From the NCBI GenBank assembly GCA_038231135.1, contig JBBRLX010000032.1, positions 1 to 51,378 on the forward strand: a stretch of 51,378 nucleotides of DNA, written 5' to 3'. Positions 29,517 to 41,936 of this stretch are shown here, in pieces. The position numbers and the translations under genes were made by a program. Source of the stretch: Candidatus Eiseniibacteriota bacterium. GTDB taxonomy: Bacteria > Eisenbacteria > RBG-16-71-46. The notes beneath the pieces were generated by a model. It was not told the origin of the DNA and searched no databases. It saw only the letters and a program-made list of their open reading frames with translations. Every line of letters starts with the position of its first letter. Position 1 is the first letter of the stretch.

Positions 29517-31250
29517 TCACACCGGCGGCAGCCCCAGCCGCCGCCGGAACGGCGTCTCGCGGGCGGGATCGTGGACGCGGGCGAAGTAGAAAGGCCGGAG
29601 GCGTTCGTACACGTGCCGCACCTCCGCGTCCTTCGCGGCGGGCATGCGGGCGATGAACTGGTCGAGCGCGCCCAGGAAATCCGGCACCTTGGCGCCGCGC
29701 GCCTCAAGCGCCGCCATCACCGGCGGGTCCCAGGTGATCACCATCACCGCCAGCGAGTCGAGCTGGATCGGCACGATCGGGATGTAGTGGAACAGCGTGT
29801 CGCTGAGTGCCGGGCCGGAATACATCCACAGGTGGGTGCCGCGCGCGATCAGGTATGGAATCGGGGTCTTCTTCTCGTGGCCGATGCGGCCACGGTGCGC
29901 GAGCGGCTGGTGCGCGATCGTGGAATCGGTCAGCCCGGTCGCGGTCTCGATCGCGACCGGCACGCGCGAGTAATAGGCGAGCACCGCCTGGCCGCCACAG
30001 ATCCCGATGTGCACCGGCAAGCCCGCGAAATAGTGGTTCAGCCGCTCGCCGAACGCGCGCCCGCGCGCCTGCATGCGCGGGTTGTAGAACTCCCACTCGT
30101 TGACGATGCCGCGCACCCAGCCCTGGCCCTTGAACGGATACTTGCTGAATGCGACGCCGGCGACGAGCAGAACGGCGACCACGAGCCGCAGCGCCACGCG
30201 CGGCGGGACCAGCCGCTCCACCGCGAGCTCCAGCAGGATGCCAAGGAACGGCGTCACCGGAATCAGCAACCGGGCGAACATGAAGTCGCCGCCCACGCGC
30301 ATCACGTACAGCGTGTAGACGATCGCGAACCCCGCCGCGAGGCCGGCGGCGCGCCGCCAGCGTGTCGCGGCCTCCGGACCCTGCTCCGCGGGCGACCGGA
30401 ACGCCGCGATCGCGCAGGCGACGCCGCCGATCCCGAGCACCCAGTACTTGCGGAAGTACAGGCCGGCGTAGAACGCGCCCTGCTCGAACCACGGCCGGTT
30501 CGCGGACTTGGCGTAGTACGTGTTCGGCAGCAGGTCGCCGTAGTAGGTCAGCTTCCATGCCGCGTAGCCGGCGAGGACGACCGCCAGCGGAGCCGCGAAC
30601 GCCAGCAGATCGCGGCTGCGGCGCGGGGACATCAGCGCCAGCCACACGAACGCGACCCCCGCGAACAGCACCCCGTCCGGGCGCGACAGCGCGACCAGCG
30701 CCAGCACCGTGCCCGCGACCGCCGCGCGCCGCGGCCGGCCCGGCGCCTCGAGCGTCAGCAGGTAGCCCACCAGGGCCAGCAGCGTGAACATCGAGGTTTC
30801 GAGCCCGCTGGTGGCGAAGATCGCGCGATCACGGTGGACGGCCTCGACCATCGCCGCGAGCGGCAGCAGCGAAAGCGCCCCCACCGTCTCCCCGCGATGC
30901 CGGTGCGCCGTGAACCAGGCGAGCAGGCCGAGCGTGGCCGCGTAGCACGCGATGCCCCAGCCCATGGTCCAGCGCACCGGATCGAACCCGAGCGCGATCC
31001 CGGCCGCGCACCACAGCGTCCACAGGAAGTTCGAGTAGCCCTCGACCCGCTCGCCGACGTTGAAAATCAGGCCGTGGCCGCGTACGAGGTTGTCCGCGTA
31101 GCGGAATGATATGAACGCGTCGTCGGACGCCCATGCCAGCCGCAGGGACTGTGCGACGGCCCACAGCACCGCGACCACCGCGATCGCGATGAACGGCCAG
31201 CGGTTGCCGGATGGGCTGGAAGCCGTGGTGGGTTCCGCGGAGGGGGGCAC
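29517..31250 (-). CDS. Multi-pass GT-C fold membrane glycosyltransferase (AftB-like family); start uncertain
   Basis: DDAFISFRYADNL..G.GLIFN.GERVEGYSNFLW, SGLET, SRPDG, YYGDLLPNTYYAK, GGDFM..R. Confidence 0.75.
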   Translation of the reverse strand: MPPSAEPTTASSPSGNRWPFIAIAVVAVLWAVAQSLRLAWASDDAFISFRYADNLVRGHGLIFNVGERVEGYSNFLWTLWCAAGIALGFDPVRWTMGWGIACYAATLGLLAWFTAHRHRGETVGALSLLPLAAMVEAVHRDRAIFATSGLETSMFTLLALVGYLLTLEAPGRPRRAAVAGTVLALVALSRPDGVLFAGVAFVWLALMSPRRSRDLLAFAAPLAVVLAGYAAWKLTYYGDLLPNTYYAKSANRPWFEQGAFYAGLYFRKYWVLGIGGVACAIAAFRSPAEQGPEAATRWRRAAGLAAGFAIVYTLYVMRVGGDFMFARLLIPVTPFLGILLELAVERLVPPRVALRLVVAVLLVAGVAFSKYPFKGQGWVRGIVNEWEFYNPRMQARGRAFGERLNHYFAGLPVHIGICGGQAVLAYYSRVPVAIETATGLTDSTIAHQPLAHRGRIGHEKKTPIPYLIARGTHLWMYSGPALSDTLFHYIPIVPIQLDSLAVMVITWDPPVMAALEARGAKVPDFLGALDQFIARMPAAKDAEVRHVYERLRPFYFARVHDPARETPFRRRLGLPPV

Positions 31251-31415
31251 GGTGGCGAGACTAGCGTGAACATTCCTGAACCGCCACCGGGAGGCACGGC
31301 TCACCCACGGCCGGGCGTAGCGGAGCACGCGGTACGCCGAGCGCTGTCGGCAGGTGCCGGCGCCGGGCCGCGATCGTTGTGGGCGGCAGCGTTCGGCTGT
31401 GGCACATTGGAGTGC

Positions 31416-33410
31416 ATGAATGTTCCTCCCGAACGCGCCCCGATCCTCGGCGCACGACTGGCGTCGCTCCTACGCGACGCCGGTACGCGGCCCGGAGCGC
31501 CGGCCGACGGCCCGGGCCGCCTGCTCGTGGTCGACGTCGAGCGCCAGCGCCTGATGCGGGTGGAAGGCGGCCAGGTGATCGCCGAGTACCCGGTGTCGAC
31601 CGCCGAGGCGGGCATCGGGGGCGCCGAGAGCTCGTTCCGCACGCCGCCCGGCTGGCTCCGGATTCATCGCCGGATCGGCGAGGGCCAGCCGGCGGGAATG
31701 GTGTTCGAGAGCCGGCGGCCCACCGGGCGAGTCTGGCGCGGCGAGGCCTACGATGAGGACCTGATCCTGTCGCGGGTGCTGACGCTCGACGGGATGCAGC
31801 CGGGCGTGAACGCGGGCCCGGGGTTCGACTCGATCGAACGCTACATCTATCTCCACGGCACGAATCACGAGTACCGGGTCGGCCGGCCGGCGTCGCACGG
31901 CTGCATCCGGCTGACGAACGACGACATCATCGAGCTGTTCGACCACGTCGCCGAGGGCGACCCGGTGCTGGTCGTCGAGCGGCCGGCGGCGATTCCCGAC
32001 CCCATGGGGCCGGGCCGGTTTCACTACGCGGGGCTCGGCGGCAGCGGGATGAGCGCGCTCGCCCAGTTCCAGGCCATGCGCGGCGGCGTCGCGAGCGGCA
32101 GCGACCGCGCGTTCGATCTGGGCCAGCGCGCCGAGGCGCGGCATCAGCTCGAGAGCCTCGGCATCACGATCCATCCGCAGGACGGCAGCGGCCTCGGCGC
32201 CGATTGCGCGGCGCTCGTGCTATCGACCGCCGTCGAGGACACGGTGCCCGACGTGGTCGCCGCGCGGCGGCTCGGGGTGACGATCGTCCATCGCTCCGAG
32301 CTGCTCGCCTACTTCGTCGACACGCTGCGGTCGATCGCGGTGACGGGGACCAGCGGCAAGTCGAGCGTGGTCGCGATGATCTTCGAGACGCTGCGCGCCG
32401 TGGGCCGCAACCCGTCGGTGATCACCGGCGGCGACCTGGTGAGCCTGCAGCGCCAGGACCTGTGGGGCAACGCGTGGTTCGGCGGGTCGGAGCTGCTGGT
32501 GGTCGAGGCGGACGAGAGCGACGGCTCGGTGGTGCGCTACCAGCCCGCGATCGGCGTGGTGCTGAACCTGCAGCGCGACCACAAGGAGATGGCGCTGGTC
32601 GCGGACATGTTCGCCACGTTCCGCAGCCGCATCCGCGAGGCGCTGGTGGTCGGCGACTCGGCCGAGCTCGAGTTCCTTGGGCGCGCCACAGCCGGCGGTC
32701 CGGAGGCCACCTGGACGTTCGGCTCCACCCCGGACGCGGATGTGCGGGCCGAGGACATCGTGCTCGAGCCCGACGCGAGCCGGTTCGACATCGACGGCGT
32801 GGTGTTCACGCTGCCCGTGCCCGGGGCGCACAACATCGAGAACGCGCTGGCCGCGATCACCGCCTGCCGCGCCTTGGGCGTGGCGCTCGCCGACATGGTG
32901 GCGCCGCTCGCGGGCTACCATGGCGTGGGCCGGCGGTTCCAGAGCCTGGGTGTCGTGCGCGGCATCGAGGTGGTGGACGATTTCGCGCACAACCCCGCGA
33001 AGCTCGCGGCCGCCATCGCGACGGCCCGCCGCCGCGCGCAGCGGGTGCTCGCGGTCTACCAGCCGCACGGTTACGGTCCCACGCGGTTCCTGCGCCAGGA
33101 TTTCGTGGACACGTTCGCCACGACGCTCGGGCCCGGCGACCGGCTGTGGCTGCTCGAGATCTACTACGCCGGGGGCACGGCGAGGCGTGACCTGTCGTCG
33201 GCCGACATCGTCGCCGACATCACGGCGCGGGGCACGCTCGCCGAGTTCGCGCCGTCGCGCGACTGGCTGCTGCGCCGGCTCGCGGCCGAGGCGAAGCACG
33301 GCGACCTGGTGCTGGTGATGGGCGCGCGCGACCCATCGCTCACGACGTTCGCCCGCGACGTGCTGGCGGCGGTCAAGGCAAAGGCCACGGCGGAGACGCG
33401 CGAGAAGTAA
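31416..33410 (+). CDS. Fusion of YkuD-family L,D-transpeptidase domain and MurC/Mpl-like Mur ligase
   Basis: VDVERQRL, YPVST, FRTPPG, YIYLHGT..PASHGCIRL; then GLGGSGMSALA, GSD, GTSGKSS, EADESDGS, GAHNIENA, GVGRRF, DDFAHNP, YQPHG. Confidence 0.85.
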   Translation: MNVPPERAPILGARLASLLRDAGTRPGAPADGPGRLLVVDVERQRLMRVEGGQVIAEYPVSTAEAGIGGAESSFRTPPGWLRIHRRIGEGQPAGMVFESRRPTGRVWRGEAYDEDLILSRVLTLDGMQPGVNAGPGFDSIERYIYLHGTNHEYRVGRPASHGCIRLTNDDIIELFDHVAEGDPVLVVERPAAIPDPMGPGRFHYAGLGGSGMSALAQFQAMRGGVASGSDRAFDLGQRAEARHQLESLGITIHPQDGSGLGADCAALVLSTAVEDTVPDVVAARRLGVTIVHRSELLAYFVDTLRSIAVTGTSGKSSVVAMIFETLRAVGRNPSVITGGDLVSLQRQDLWGNAWFGGSELLVVEADESDGSVVRYQPAIGVVLNLQRDHKEMALVADMFATFRSRIREALVVGDSAELEFLGRATAGGPEATWTFGSTPDADVRAEDIVLEPDASRFDIDGVVFTLPVPGAHNIENALAAITACRALGVALADMVAPLAGYHGVGRRFQSLGVVRGIEVVDDFAHNPAKLAAAIATARRRAQRVLAVYQPHGYGPTRFLRQDFVDTFATTLGPGDRLWLLEIYYAGGTARRDLSSADIVADITARGTLAEFAPSRDWLLRRLAAEAKHGDLVLVMGARDPSLTTFARDVLAAVKAKATAETREK

Positions 33411-33422
33411 GCGGACGCCCCG

Positions 33423-34694
33423 CTACGGCCGGTTGCCCGCTCCGCTGCTCTCCGCCGCCCCGTAGCGCTGCTCCACGTAGTCGTCGAGCAGCTTCGCGAA
33501 GTCCTGGGCGATCGTGTCGCCGCGCAGCGTGGTGCGCAGCGCGCCGTCGACGTACACCGGCGCGCGCGGATCCTCGCCGGTGCCGGGCAGCGAGATGCCG
33601 ATGTGGGCGTGCTTGCTCTCGCCGGGTCCGTTCACGACGCAGCCCATCACAGCGACGCGCAGCTCCTCGACGCCGGGATAGATCGGGCGCCACGCCGCGA
33701 TGCGCGACTGGATGTGCGCCGTCACCTGGCCCGCCAGGTCCTGGAAGAACGTGCTGGTGGTGCGTCCGCAGCCCGGGCACGACGTGACCTGCGGCGTGAA
33801 GTGGCGCAGCCCGAGCGACTGCAGTACCTGCTGGCAGGCGCGCACTTCGTCGGCGCGATCGCCGCCCGGCGACGGGGTGAGGCTCACGCGGATCGTGTCG
33901 CCGATGCCTTCGTAGAGGAGGATCGACAGGCCCGCCGTCGATGCGACGATGCCCTTGGTGCCGATCCCGGCCTCGGTGAGCCCGAGGTGCAGCGGATAGT
34001 CGCAGCGGCCGGCGAGGTCGCGATACACGTCGACCAGGTCGCGCACGTCGCTCACCTTGGCCGACAGGATGATGCGGTCGTGGGGCTGGCCGAAGCGCTC
34101 CGCCAGCTCCGCCGAGCGCAACGCGCTCTCGCGCATCGCCTCGAGCACGACCAGGCGGTCGGCGCGCGGCGCGGGCCGGCGCGCGTTCTCGTCCATCAGT
34201 GTCGTCAGCAGCGAACGGTCGAGCGAGCCCCAGTTGACGCCGATCCGCACCGGCTTGCCGTGGGCGACGGCCACTTCGATCATGCGCCGGAAGTTGTCGT
34301 CGTGCTTCTCGCCCACGCCGACGTTGCCGGGATTGATCCGGTACTTGTCGAGCGCCGCGGCGCACGCCGGGTATTCGCCGAGCAGTGTGTGGCCGTTATA
34401 GTGAAAATCTCCGATGATCGGGGCCGTGACGCCGGTGTCGCGGACGCGGCGCACGATCTCGGGCACGGCCGCTGCCGCCTCGCGCGTGTTCACCGTGATG
34501 CGCACCAGCTCGCTGCCGGCCTCGGCGAGCTGGCAGATCTGCTCCGCGGTCGACGCCGGGTCCTGGGTGTCGGTGTTGGTCATCGACTGCACCACCACCG
34601 GGTGGCTGGCGCCGACCGGCACCGCGCCCACGCGGCAGGTGACAGAGGGGCGGCGCGGACCCTGGACCGACGGCTCGATTTGAACGATGGGCAT
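33423..34694 (-). CDS. ispG: (E)-4-hydroxy-3-methylbut-2-enyl-diphosphate synthase
   Basis: [63 protein letters not shown]. Confidence 0.97.
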   Translation of the reverse strand: MPIVQIEPSVQGPRRPSVTCRVGAVPVGASHPVVVQSMTNTDTQDPASTAEQICQLAEAGSELVRITVNTREAAAAVPEIVRRVRDTGVTAPIIGDFHYNGHTLLGEYPACAAALDKYRINPGNVGVGEKHDDNFRRMIEVAVAHGKPVRIGVNWGSLDRSLLTTLMDENARRPAPRADRLVVLEAMRESALRSAELAERFGQPHDRIILSAKVSDVRDLVDVYRDLAGRCDYPLHLGLTEAGIGTKGIVASTAGLSILLYEGIGDTIRVSLTPSPGGDRADEVRACQQVLQSLGLRHFTPQVTSCPGCGRTTSTFFQDLAGQVTAHIQSRIAAWRPIYPGVEELRVAVMGCVVNGPGESKHAHIGISLPGTGEDPRAPVYVDGALRTTLRGDTIAQDFAKLLDDYVEQRYGAAESSGAGNRP

Positions 34695-34742
34695 CGACCG
34701 AGGATAGTCACGGGTCAGGGACCGCGCAAACCTGGAGGAGCC

Positions 34743-35570
34743 GTGACGGACGCACCTTCGAGCTACGTCCACGGCACGTCGCCGGACGAGCAGCGCCGGC
34801 TGACGCGGCTGAACGAGCTGCTGAACCGCTCGTCGCTCGCGGAGCTGGCGCTCGCGGGCGGCGAACGCGTGCTCGACGTGGGCAGCGGGCTGGGCCAGCT
34901 CGCGCGACTCATGGCGCGGGAGGCGGGCGCCGGAGGCCACGTGCTCGGCATCGAGCGCAGCCCGGAGCAGCTCGCCGAGGCCGAACGCCAGGCGCGCGAC
35001 GCGGGCGACTCCGGCCGCGTCGAGTTCCGCCGCGGCGACGCGCTCGATCTGCCGCTGACCGGTCACGAATGGGGCTCGTTCGACGTGGTGCACGGCCGGT
35101 TCATCCTCGAACACGTGTCCGATCCACTCGCCGTCACGCGCGCGATGGTGCGCGCCGCACGGCCGGGCGGCCGCATCGTGCTCGAGGACGACGACCACGA
35201 CGTGCTGCGACTGTGGCCCGAGCCGGACGGGCTCGCGAGCGTATGGAACGCCTATCAACGCACCTACGACCGCGCCGGCAACGATCCCCGCGTCGGCCGC
35301 AAGCTGGTGGCGCTGCTGCACGCCGCCGGCGCCGCGCCACGCAGGAATCGCTGGCTGTTCTTCGGCGCCGCCTCGGGCGATCCCGATTTTCCGGTCTACG
35401 TGGACAACCTCGCCGACGTCCTCGCCGGGGCTCGCGATGCGATCGTCGCGAACGGCGACGCCGGGGCCGCAGCGATCGACGAGACCGTCGCGTCGGTCCG
35501 GGAATGGAAGTCGCGCCCGGACGCGGCGCTGTGGTTCGCGCGCTGCTGGGCGGAGGGCGTGCGGCGCTGA
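34743..35570 (+). CDS. Class I SAM-dependent methyltransferase
   Basis: [45 protein letters not shown] before GTG. Confidence 0.88.
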   Translation: MTDAPSSYVHGTSPDEQRRLTRLNELLNRSSLAELALAGGERVLDVGSGLGQLARLMAREAGAGGHVLGIERSPEQLAEAERQARDAGDSGRVEFRRGDALDLPLTGHEWGSFDVVHGRFILEHVSDPLAVTRAMVRAARPGGRIVLEDDDHDVLRLWPEPDGLASVWNAYQRTYDRAGNDPRVGRKLVALLHAAGAAPRRNRWLFFGAASGDPDFPVYVDNLADVLAGARDAIVANGDAGAAAIDETVASVREWKSRPDAALWFARCWAEGVRR

Positions 35571-35651
35571 CTCTGCGGCGCTGAGCGCGCGGCGACTACC
35601 AGGACCGCGATGTGAGGGTATGGCGCGGTCGCCGGCGGCCGGCGCCAACTT

Positions 35652-36515
35652 CTACTTCACCCCGCGCACCACGCGCGCCACGCCGGGCAGCCGGACCACC
35701 CCGCCGTCGCGGTGCCGCGCGGCCTCGCGCGCCATGGCGGCGCGGACCCGGGCGCGCGCCCGGACCGGTACGCGATCGTAGAGGGCGCGGGCGCTGCTCG
35801 ACGTCTCGAGTTGTACCGTGACGAACGTTTCGGGGTCGGGGTAGACGAACGGCGCCGCCACTTCGACTTCGCTCACGCTCCGGAATCCGGCCGCACGCAG
35901 CAGCCGCGGCAGCGAGCCAGGGATGGCGAATCGCATCGGGTGCGGCGCCTCGGCGGGCGGGGGCAGGGGAGTCTCGAGCCAGCGCGACATGACGCGCGAC
36001 GCGATGCTGAACGCCGTGTTGCGATGGCCCTCCGCCCAGATCGCGAACGCCAGCCGCCCGTCCGGGCGGAGCGCGGCATGCAGCCGCGCCAGCGTCTCCG
36101 GCACGTCCTCGACGAACATGATGCCGAACCGCGACACGATCGCGTCGAACGCGTGCCCGGCATGGCGAAAACGCTCGATGTTGGCGACCCGGAACCGCAC
36201 GTTCGCGATGCCGAGCGCCCGGGCCCGCCGCCGCGCCGCCTCGATCATGGGCCCTGAGATGTCGACCCCCAGCACGGACCCGCGCGGCCCCACCCACTGC
36301 GCGATCGCGAGCGCCGGGTCGCCGATGCCGCTCGCCACGTCGAGCACGCGCATGCCGGGCTCGAGGCCGAGCGACCGCAGCAGCACCGGGTCCACCGCCC
36401 CCAGCGAGTGCATGAGCAGCGGCTCCCAGTGCTCCCAGCCGGTGCCGCCGCGCGTCCAGATTTTGCGGACCCGGGTGTTCCAGCTGGCGGGCCGTGTAGT
36501 TCGAACCGTGGTCAT
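35652..36515 (-). CDS. Class I SAM-dependent methyltransferase (UbiE-like)
   Basis: VLDVASGIG, GVDISGPM, FDAIVSRFGIMF, LRPDGRL. Confidence 0.88.
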   Translation of the reverse strand: MTTVRTTRPASWNTRVRKIWTRGGTGWEHWEPLLMHSLGAVDPVLLRSLGLEPGMRVLDVASGIGDPALAIAQWVGPRGSVLGVDISGPMIEAARRRARALGIANVRFRVANIERFRHAGHAFDAIVSRFGIMFVEDVPETLARLHAALRPDGRLAFAIWAEGHRNTAFSIASRVMSRWLETPLPPPAEAPHPMRFAIPGSLPRLLRAAGFRSVSEVEVAAPFVYPDPETFVTVQLETSSSARALYDRVPVRARARVRAAMAREAARHRDGGVVRLPGVARVVRGVK

Positions 36516-36722
36516 GGGGCGGCATTATGGAGTTCCCGGCAGCGCGCCGCCACCGCGGCGGGCAGGTCCGGGGGTGCCGGCTACGGACGGTCGAGGGCGC
36601 GCGCTCGACGTCTCAGCCGCCCCCGCGCTCGCCCGGCTCCGGTTGTGAGAACCGGCGGGCTGGTGTAACTCTATGCCTGCTATGCATATTGCATGGCCCC
36701 ATTTCGAACCACGAGGAGAGTC

Positions 36723-37376
36723 ATGAGCCACGCGCGATTGCTCGCCCTGGCGCTGGTCGCGGTGTTCGCCGCCCCCGCCTGGGCCCAGGACACGCCCCCC
36801 ACGCCAGCGAATTCCGCTCCCGTCCCGACCCAGTCCAGCGCCTCCACACGGCGCGGCGCGATCCGGCTGGGGGTGAACGCCGGGATCGGACTGCCATTCG
36901 GCGATTACTCGAACCAGGCGAGCGCCGGGTTCGGCTTCGGTCTGACGGGCGACTACATGCTCCAGCCCGATGTTGCAATCGGCGGCGAGGTCGGCACGTT
37001 CACATTTGGCGGCAACCACGATCTGGAGAATCTGCGCAGCGCCCAGCTCGGGGCCCCGGCGAAGATCACGAACCACGTGGTGCCGCTCACGGTGCACGCC
37101 AAGTACTTCCTGCCCGCAAGTGTGCAGATGGCGCCGTTCGTGAAGGCCGGAGCCGGGCTCTATCACTTGAGCCAGAAGCTGGAAGCCGGCACGATAATTC
37201 GGAAAAACAGCACGACTCGATTGGGACTGCAGTTCGGAGCTGGCGCGGATTTTCACAGCACATCGACATTGCGCTACGGCGTGGATATCCTGTATCACTA
37301 TATTGCTACTTCGGGTAGCGCGAGCAGCATGCTGACCCTGCGCGGTCAGCTCATGTTCGGACTTTCGGGCCGCTAG
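36723..37376 (+). CDS. Outer membrane beta-barrel protein
   Basis: Signal peptide ending AWA-Q; alternating beta-strand pattern; PFVKAGAGLY; GAGGAG RBS. Confidence 0.75.
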   Translation: MSHARLLALALVAVFAAPAWAQDTPPTPANSAPVPTQSSASTRRGAIRLGVNAGIGLPFGDYSNQASAGFGFGLTGDYMLQPDVAIGGEVGTFTFGGNHDLENLRSAQLGAPAKITNHVVPLTVHAKYFLPASVQMAPFVKAGAGLYHLSQKLEAGTIIRKNSTTRLGLQFGAGADFHSTSTLRYGVDILYHYIATSGSASSMLTLRGQLMFGLSGR

Positions 37377-37440
37377 CACGGATCGTCGAAGCGCGAGGCA
37401 TGGCGCTTCGACCGATCACCCCTCAGCAGGCGAGGACCGA

Positions 37441-38805
37441 ATGACCGATTTCGTGGCGCTCGACCGGCACATCGAAGCCGGGCTCGACGACAGTCTCGCC
37501 GAACTGTCGGCGCTGGTGGCGCAGCCGAGCATCGCCGCGCAGCACTCAGGCATGGACGCGTGCGCGGCCCTGGTCGGCCGCATGCTCGAGCGCCGCGGGT
37601 TCGCGGTCGAGATCCTGCCCGGCGGCGGCGGCGCGCCGGTGGTGTTCGCGCAGCGCGGCGGCGCGGCGGCGAAGACGCTGCTGATCTACAACCACTACGA
37701 CGTGCAGCCGCCCGAGCCGCTCGAGTTGTGGACCTCCCCGCCATTCGAGGCGACGCTGCGCGACGGCAGGCTCTACGGCCGCGGCGTGAGCGACGACAAG
37801 GGCCACATCACCTCGCGCCTGCTCGCGCTCGACGCCTGGCTCGCGGTGAACGGCGAGCTGCCGTGCTGCGTCAAGTTCGTGATCGAAGGCGAGGAGGAGG
37901 TCGGCAGTGTCCATCTGCCGGCGTTCGTCCGCGCCGAGCGCGAACGGCTGACGGCGGACGCCTGCCTGTGGGAGTTCGGCTCGGTCGACCATCGCGGCGT
38001 GCCGATGCAGTACGCGGGGCTGCGCGGCATCTGCTACGTCGAGCTGGCGGTCGAGACCGAGAAGCTCGACGTGCACTCCGGCGTCGGCGGCTCGATCTTC
38101 CCGAACGCTGCGTGGCGGCTCACCTGGGCCCTCGCCACACTCAAGGGCGAAGACGAGCGCATTCGCATTCCCGGCCACTACGACTCCGTGCGGCTGCCGA
38201 CGGCGCGCGATCGCGAGCTGATGGCGGCGCTCCCCGACGTCGCGGACGAATACCGCGCGCGCTACGGGGTGAAGAACTTCGTGCGCGGCCTGACGGGCGG
38301 CGTCGGGCTGCGGATCGCCGAGGTGTTCGAGCCCACCTGCACGATCTGCGGGCTCACCGCGGGCTACCAGGGGCCCGGGTCCAAGACCGTGCTGCCGGCG
38401 CGGGCGTCCGCCAAGGTGGACTTCCGGCTGGTGCCCGACCAGACGCCCGACGAGGTGCGGCTGAACCTGCGGCGCCACCTGGATGCGCAGGGCTTCCCCG
38501 ACGTGACGATCACGTTCCTCGGCGGCAATCCCGCCGGGCGCACCGACCCCGACCATCCGTTCCTACGCCTGGTCGCCGAGACCGCCCAACCCGTCTACGG
38601 GATGCCGATGCAGATCGTCCCCATGACCGGCGGCTCGGGCCCCAATTACACGTTCCTGCACGATCTGGGCGTGCCGGTGGCGACCGCCGGCCTCGGCTAC
38701 CCCGACACCCGCGCGCACGCCCCCGACGAGAATCTCAGCGTCGAGCTGTACGTGAAACACGCGAAGCACGTCGTGCGGTTGATGGAGCGGTTCGCGGCGG
38801 GGTGA
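37441..38805 (+). CDS. M20/M25/M40 family metallopeptidase
   Basis: YNHYDVQPP, GRGVSDDKG, EGEEEVGS, DVHSG, HAPDEN. Confidence 0.92.
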   Translation: MTDFVALDRHIEAGLDDSLAELSALVAQPSIAAQHSGMDACAALVGRMLERRGFAVEILPGGGGAPVVFAQRGGAAAKTLLIYNHYDVQPPEPLELWTSPPFEATLRDGRLYGRGVSDDKGHITSRLLALDAWLAVNGELPCCVKFVIEGEEEVGSVHLPAFVRAERERLTADACLWEFGSVDHRGVPMQYAGLRGICYVELAVETEKLDVHSGVGGSIFPNAAWRLTWALATLKGEDERIRIPGHYDSVRLPTARDRELMAALPDVADEYRARYGVKNFVRGLTGGVGLRIAEVFEPTCTICGLTAGYQGPGSKTVLPARASAKVDFRLVPDQTPDEVRLNLRRHLDAQGFPDVTITFLGGNPAGRTDPDHPFLRLVAETAQPVYGMPMQIVPMTGGSGPNYTFLHDLGVPVATAGLGYPDTRAHAPDENLSVELYVKHAKHVVRLMERFAAG

Positions 38806-38863
38806 GGTCGAGGCCGACGCCGGGCGTGCGAACCGACGGCGGACGGCGCGGGTGGAGCGCGGC

Positions 38864-39511
38864 TCAGTCCTCCGGATCGGTGCAGTCCGAGATCAACCGC
38901 ACGCGTTCCGAGAAGCTCAGCACCAGCGTGACGAGGAATCCGGTGGTGAACAGGAACTGCGCGACCGCGAACCCCATCGCGAGTCCCGGGTTCCTGCCCA
39001 GCGCCCACCACGCGGCGAAGCAGAACACGAATCCGGCCGGCATCACCGCGCGCATCTCGAACTGCTGCCGGCCCAATATGTGGGCATAGAGCCGCCGGGA
39101 TTCGTGACAGTCGTCGAAGTGCGCGCGGCGGTTGCGGATCAGCACCAGGTCGTAGGCGTAGAGGCCGGCGCCGAGCACGTAGAACACGCACGACCAGCCG
39201 AACCACGCGCGTGGATACCCGGTCTGGGCGAACGTGATCATCTCGAGCAGGCCGACGGCGAAGTAGAAGAAGTAGTGCGGCAGGTCCATCGGCCAGCGCA
39301 CGATCGACAGCGCGTGCATCAGCGCGCCCGCCCAGAACGCCAGCACGAACAGCAGCCCGGACGCGAGGAACACGCACGACACCGGGTGCGGGTCGCGCAG
39401 CACCGGGATCGCCTCGACGCCGAGCGTCGTGAGCGCCACGCCCTGCACGACGGCGAGCAGCACGAACTCGACGTCGAGCACGATCTGTTCGAGATGCTCC
39501 CGGCGGAACAC
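38864..39511 (-). CDS. Hypothetical multi-pass membrane protein
   Basis: About six hydrophobic segments; GTG 39511 preceded by AAAGGA; follows ettA on the same strand. Confidence 0.65.
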   Translation of the reverse strand: MFRREHLEQIVLDVEFVLLAVVQGVALTTLGVEAIPVLRDPHPVSCVFLASGLLFVLAFWAGALMHALSIVRWPMDLPHYFFYFAVGLLEMITFAQTGYPRAWFGWSCVFYVLGAGLYAYDLVLIRNRRAHFDDCHESRRLYAHILGRQQFEMRAVMPAGFVFCFAAWWALGRNPGLAMGFAVAQFLFTTGFLVTLVLSFSERVRLISDCTDPED

Positions 39512-39566
39512 GAGCGGTCCTTTCGTGATCCCGGCCGCGAACCGGTGCCCGCGGCAGGCGGCCCCT

Positions 39567-41243
<1,677 letters not shown>

Positions 41244-41468
41244 TCAAACATCCTTGAGATTCGGGCCGGAGCGCCGGCCGCGATCGGGCCAGGGCGGGGG
41301 AGTCCGTCAGATGGGGCTCGGAATATGCTGCGAGCATGCGGGACGGGAGGGGGGCCGCGCAAGGCGCCGCCAGCCAGCCCGGAAGGCTCGCAGCGCCCGG
41401 GGGCGCGATCATGCTGGCAGCGGTTCCGCGCGACGTTCCGTCGGGGCCTGGCGCCGCCGACCGGGGTG

Positions 41469-41774
41469 TCAGGCGGTGCGGGCGGGCCGCCGGTTCCGCG
41501 ACACGAGCCACCACGCGAACGCGGCGAGCGCCAGTATCGGCAGCGCCGGAATCGCGAATGCCAGCGCTCCGAGGCCGAACACCAGCGCACCCAGCACCGC
41601 GACGATCACCAGGAACGGCAGCGCGAACAGCAGCGCCACGGCCTTGAACGCGAACCCCAGCAGCCGGAACGGCAGCACGACCACCCAGCACACCAGCGCC
41701 GCCACCGCCCACAGCAAGCCGGCGACTGCGATTCCCGTCGCCGCCACCGCGAACAATCCGAGCAGCCCCAGCAT
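41469..41774 (-). CDS. Small hydrophobic membrane protein
   Basis: Highly hydrophobic 101-aa ORF; GGGAG before ATG. Confidence 0.6.
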   Translation of the reverse strand: MLGLLGLFAVAATGIAVAGLLWAVAALVCWVVVLPFRLLGFAFKAVALLFALPFLVIVAVLGALVFGLGALAFAIPALPILALAAFAWWLVSRNRRPARTA

Positions 41775-41936
41775 CGTGGTCTCCCGTTTCACCGGTCGCC
41801 GGCACTGTCGCCGGCGCGGCCGCCCTTGCGGCGTCCACCCTCCATTACGATTCCGCCGCGATCGAAGTTGCGGCGGCATTGCGCCTGAGTCTCCGCTGCG
41901 TCAGTGTGGGGGCTTCGAGTACCCACCCGGGAGGCG

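Noticed and set aside
33423..35648. Apparent 741-aa IspG with long N-terminal extension
   Set aside because: The extension is antisense to the methyltransferase; IspG similarity starts near ATG 34694
36661..36676. Sigma54 promoter upstream of the OMP gene
   Set aside because: GG and GC are 11 nt apart rather than the required 10
37155..37376. OMP 3' region as a diversity-generating retroelement variable repeat
   Set aside because: No template repeat or reverse transcriptase seen in the window
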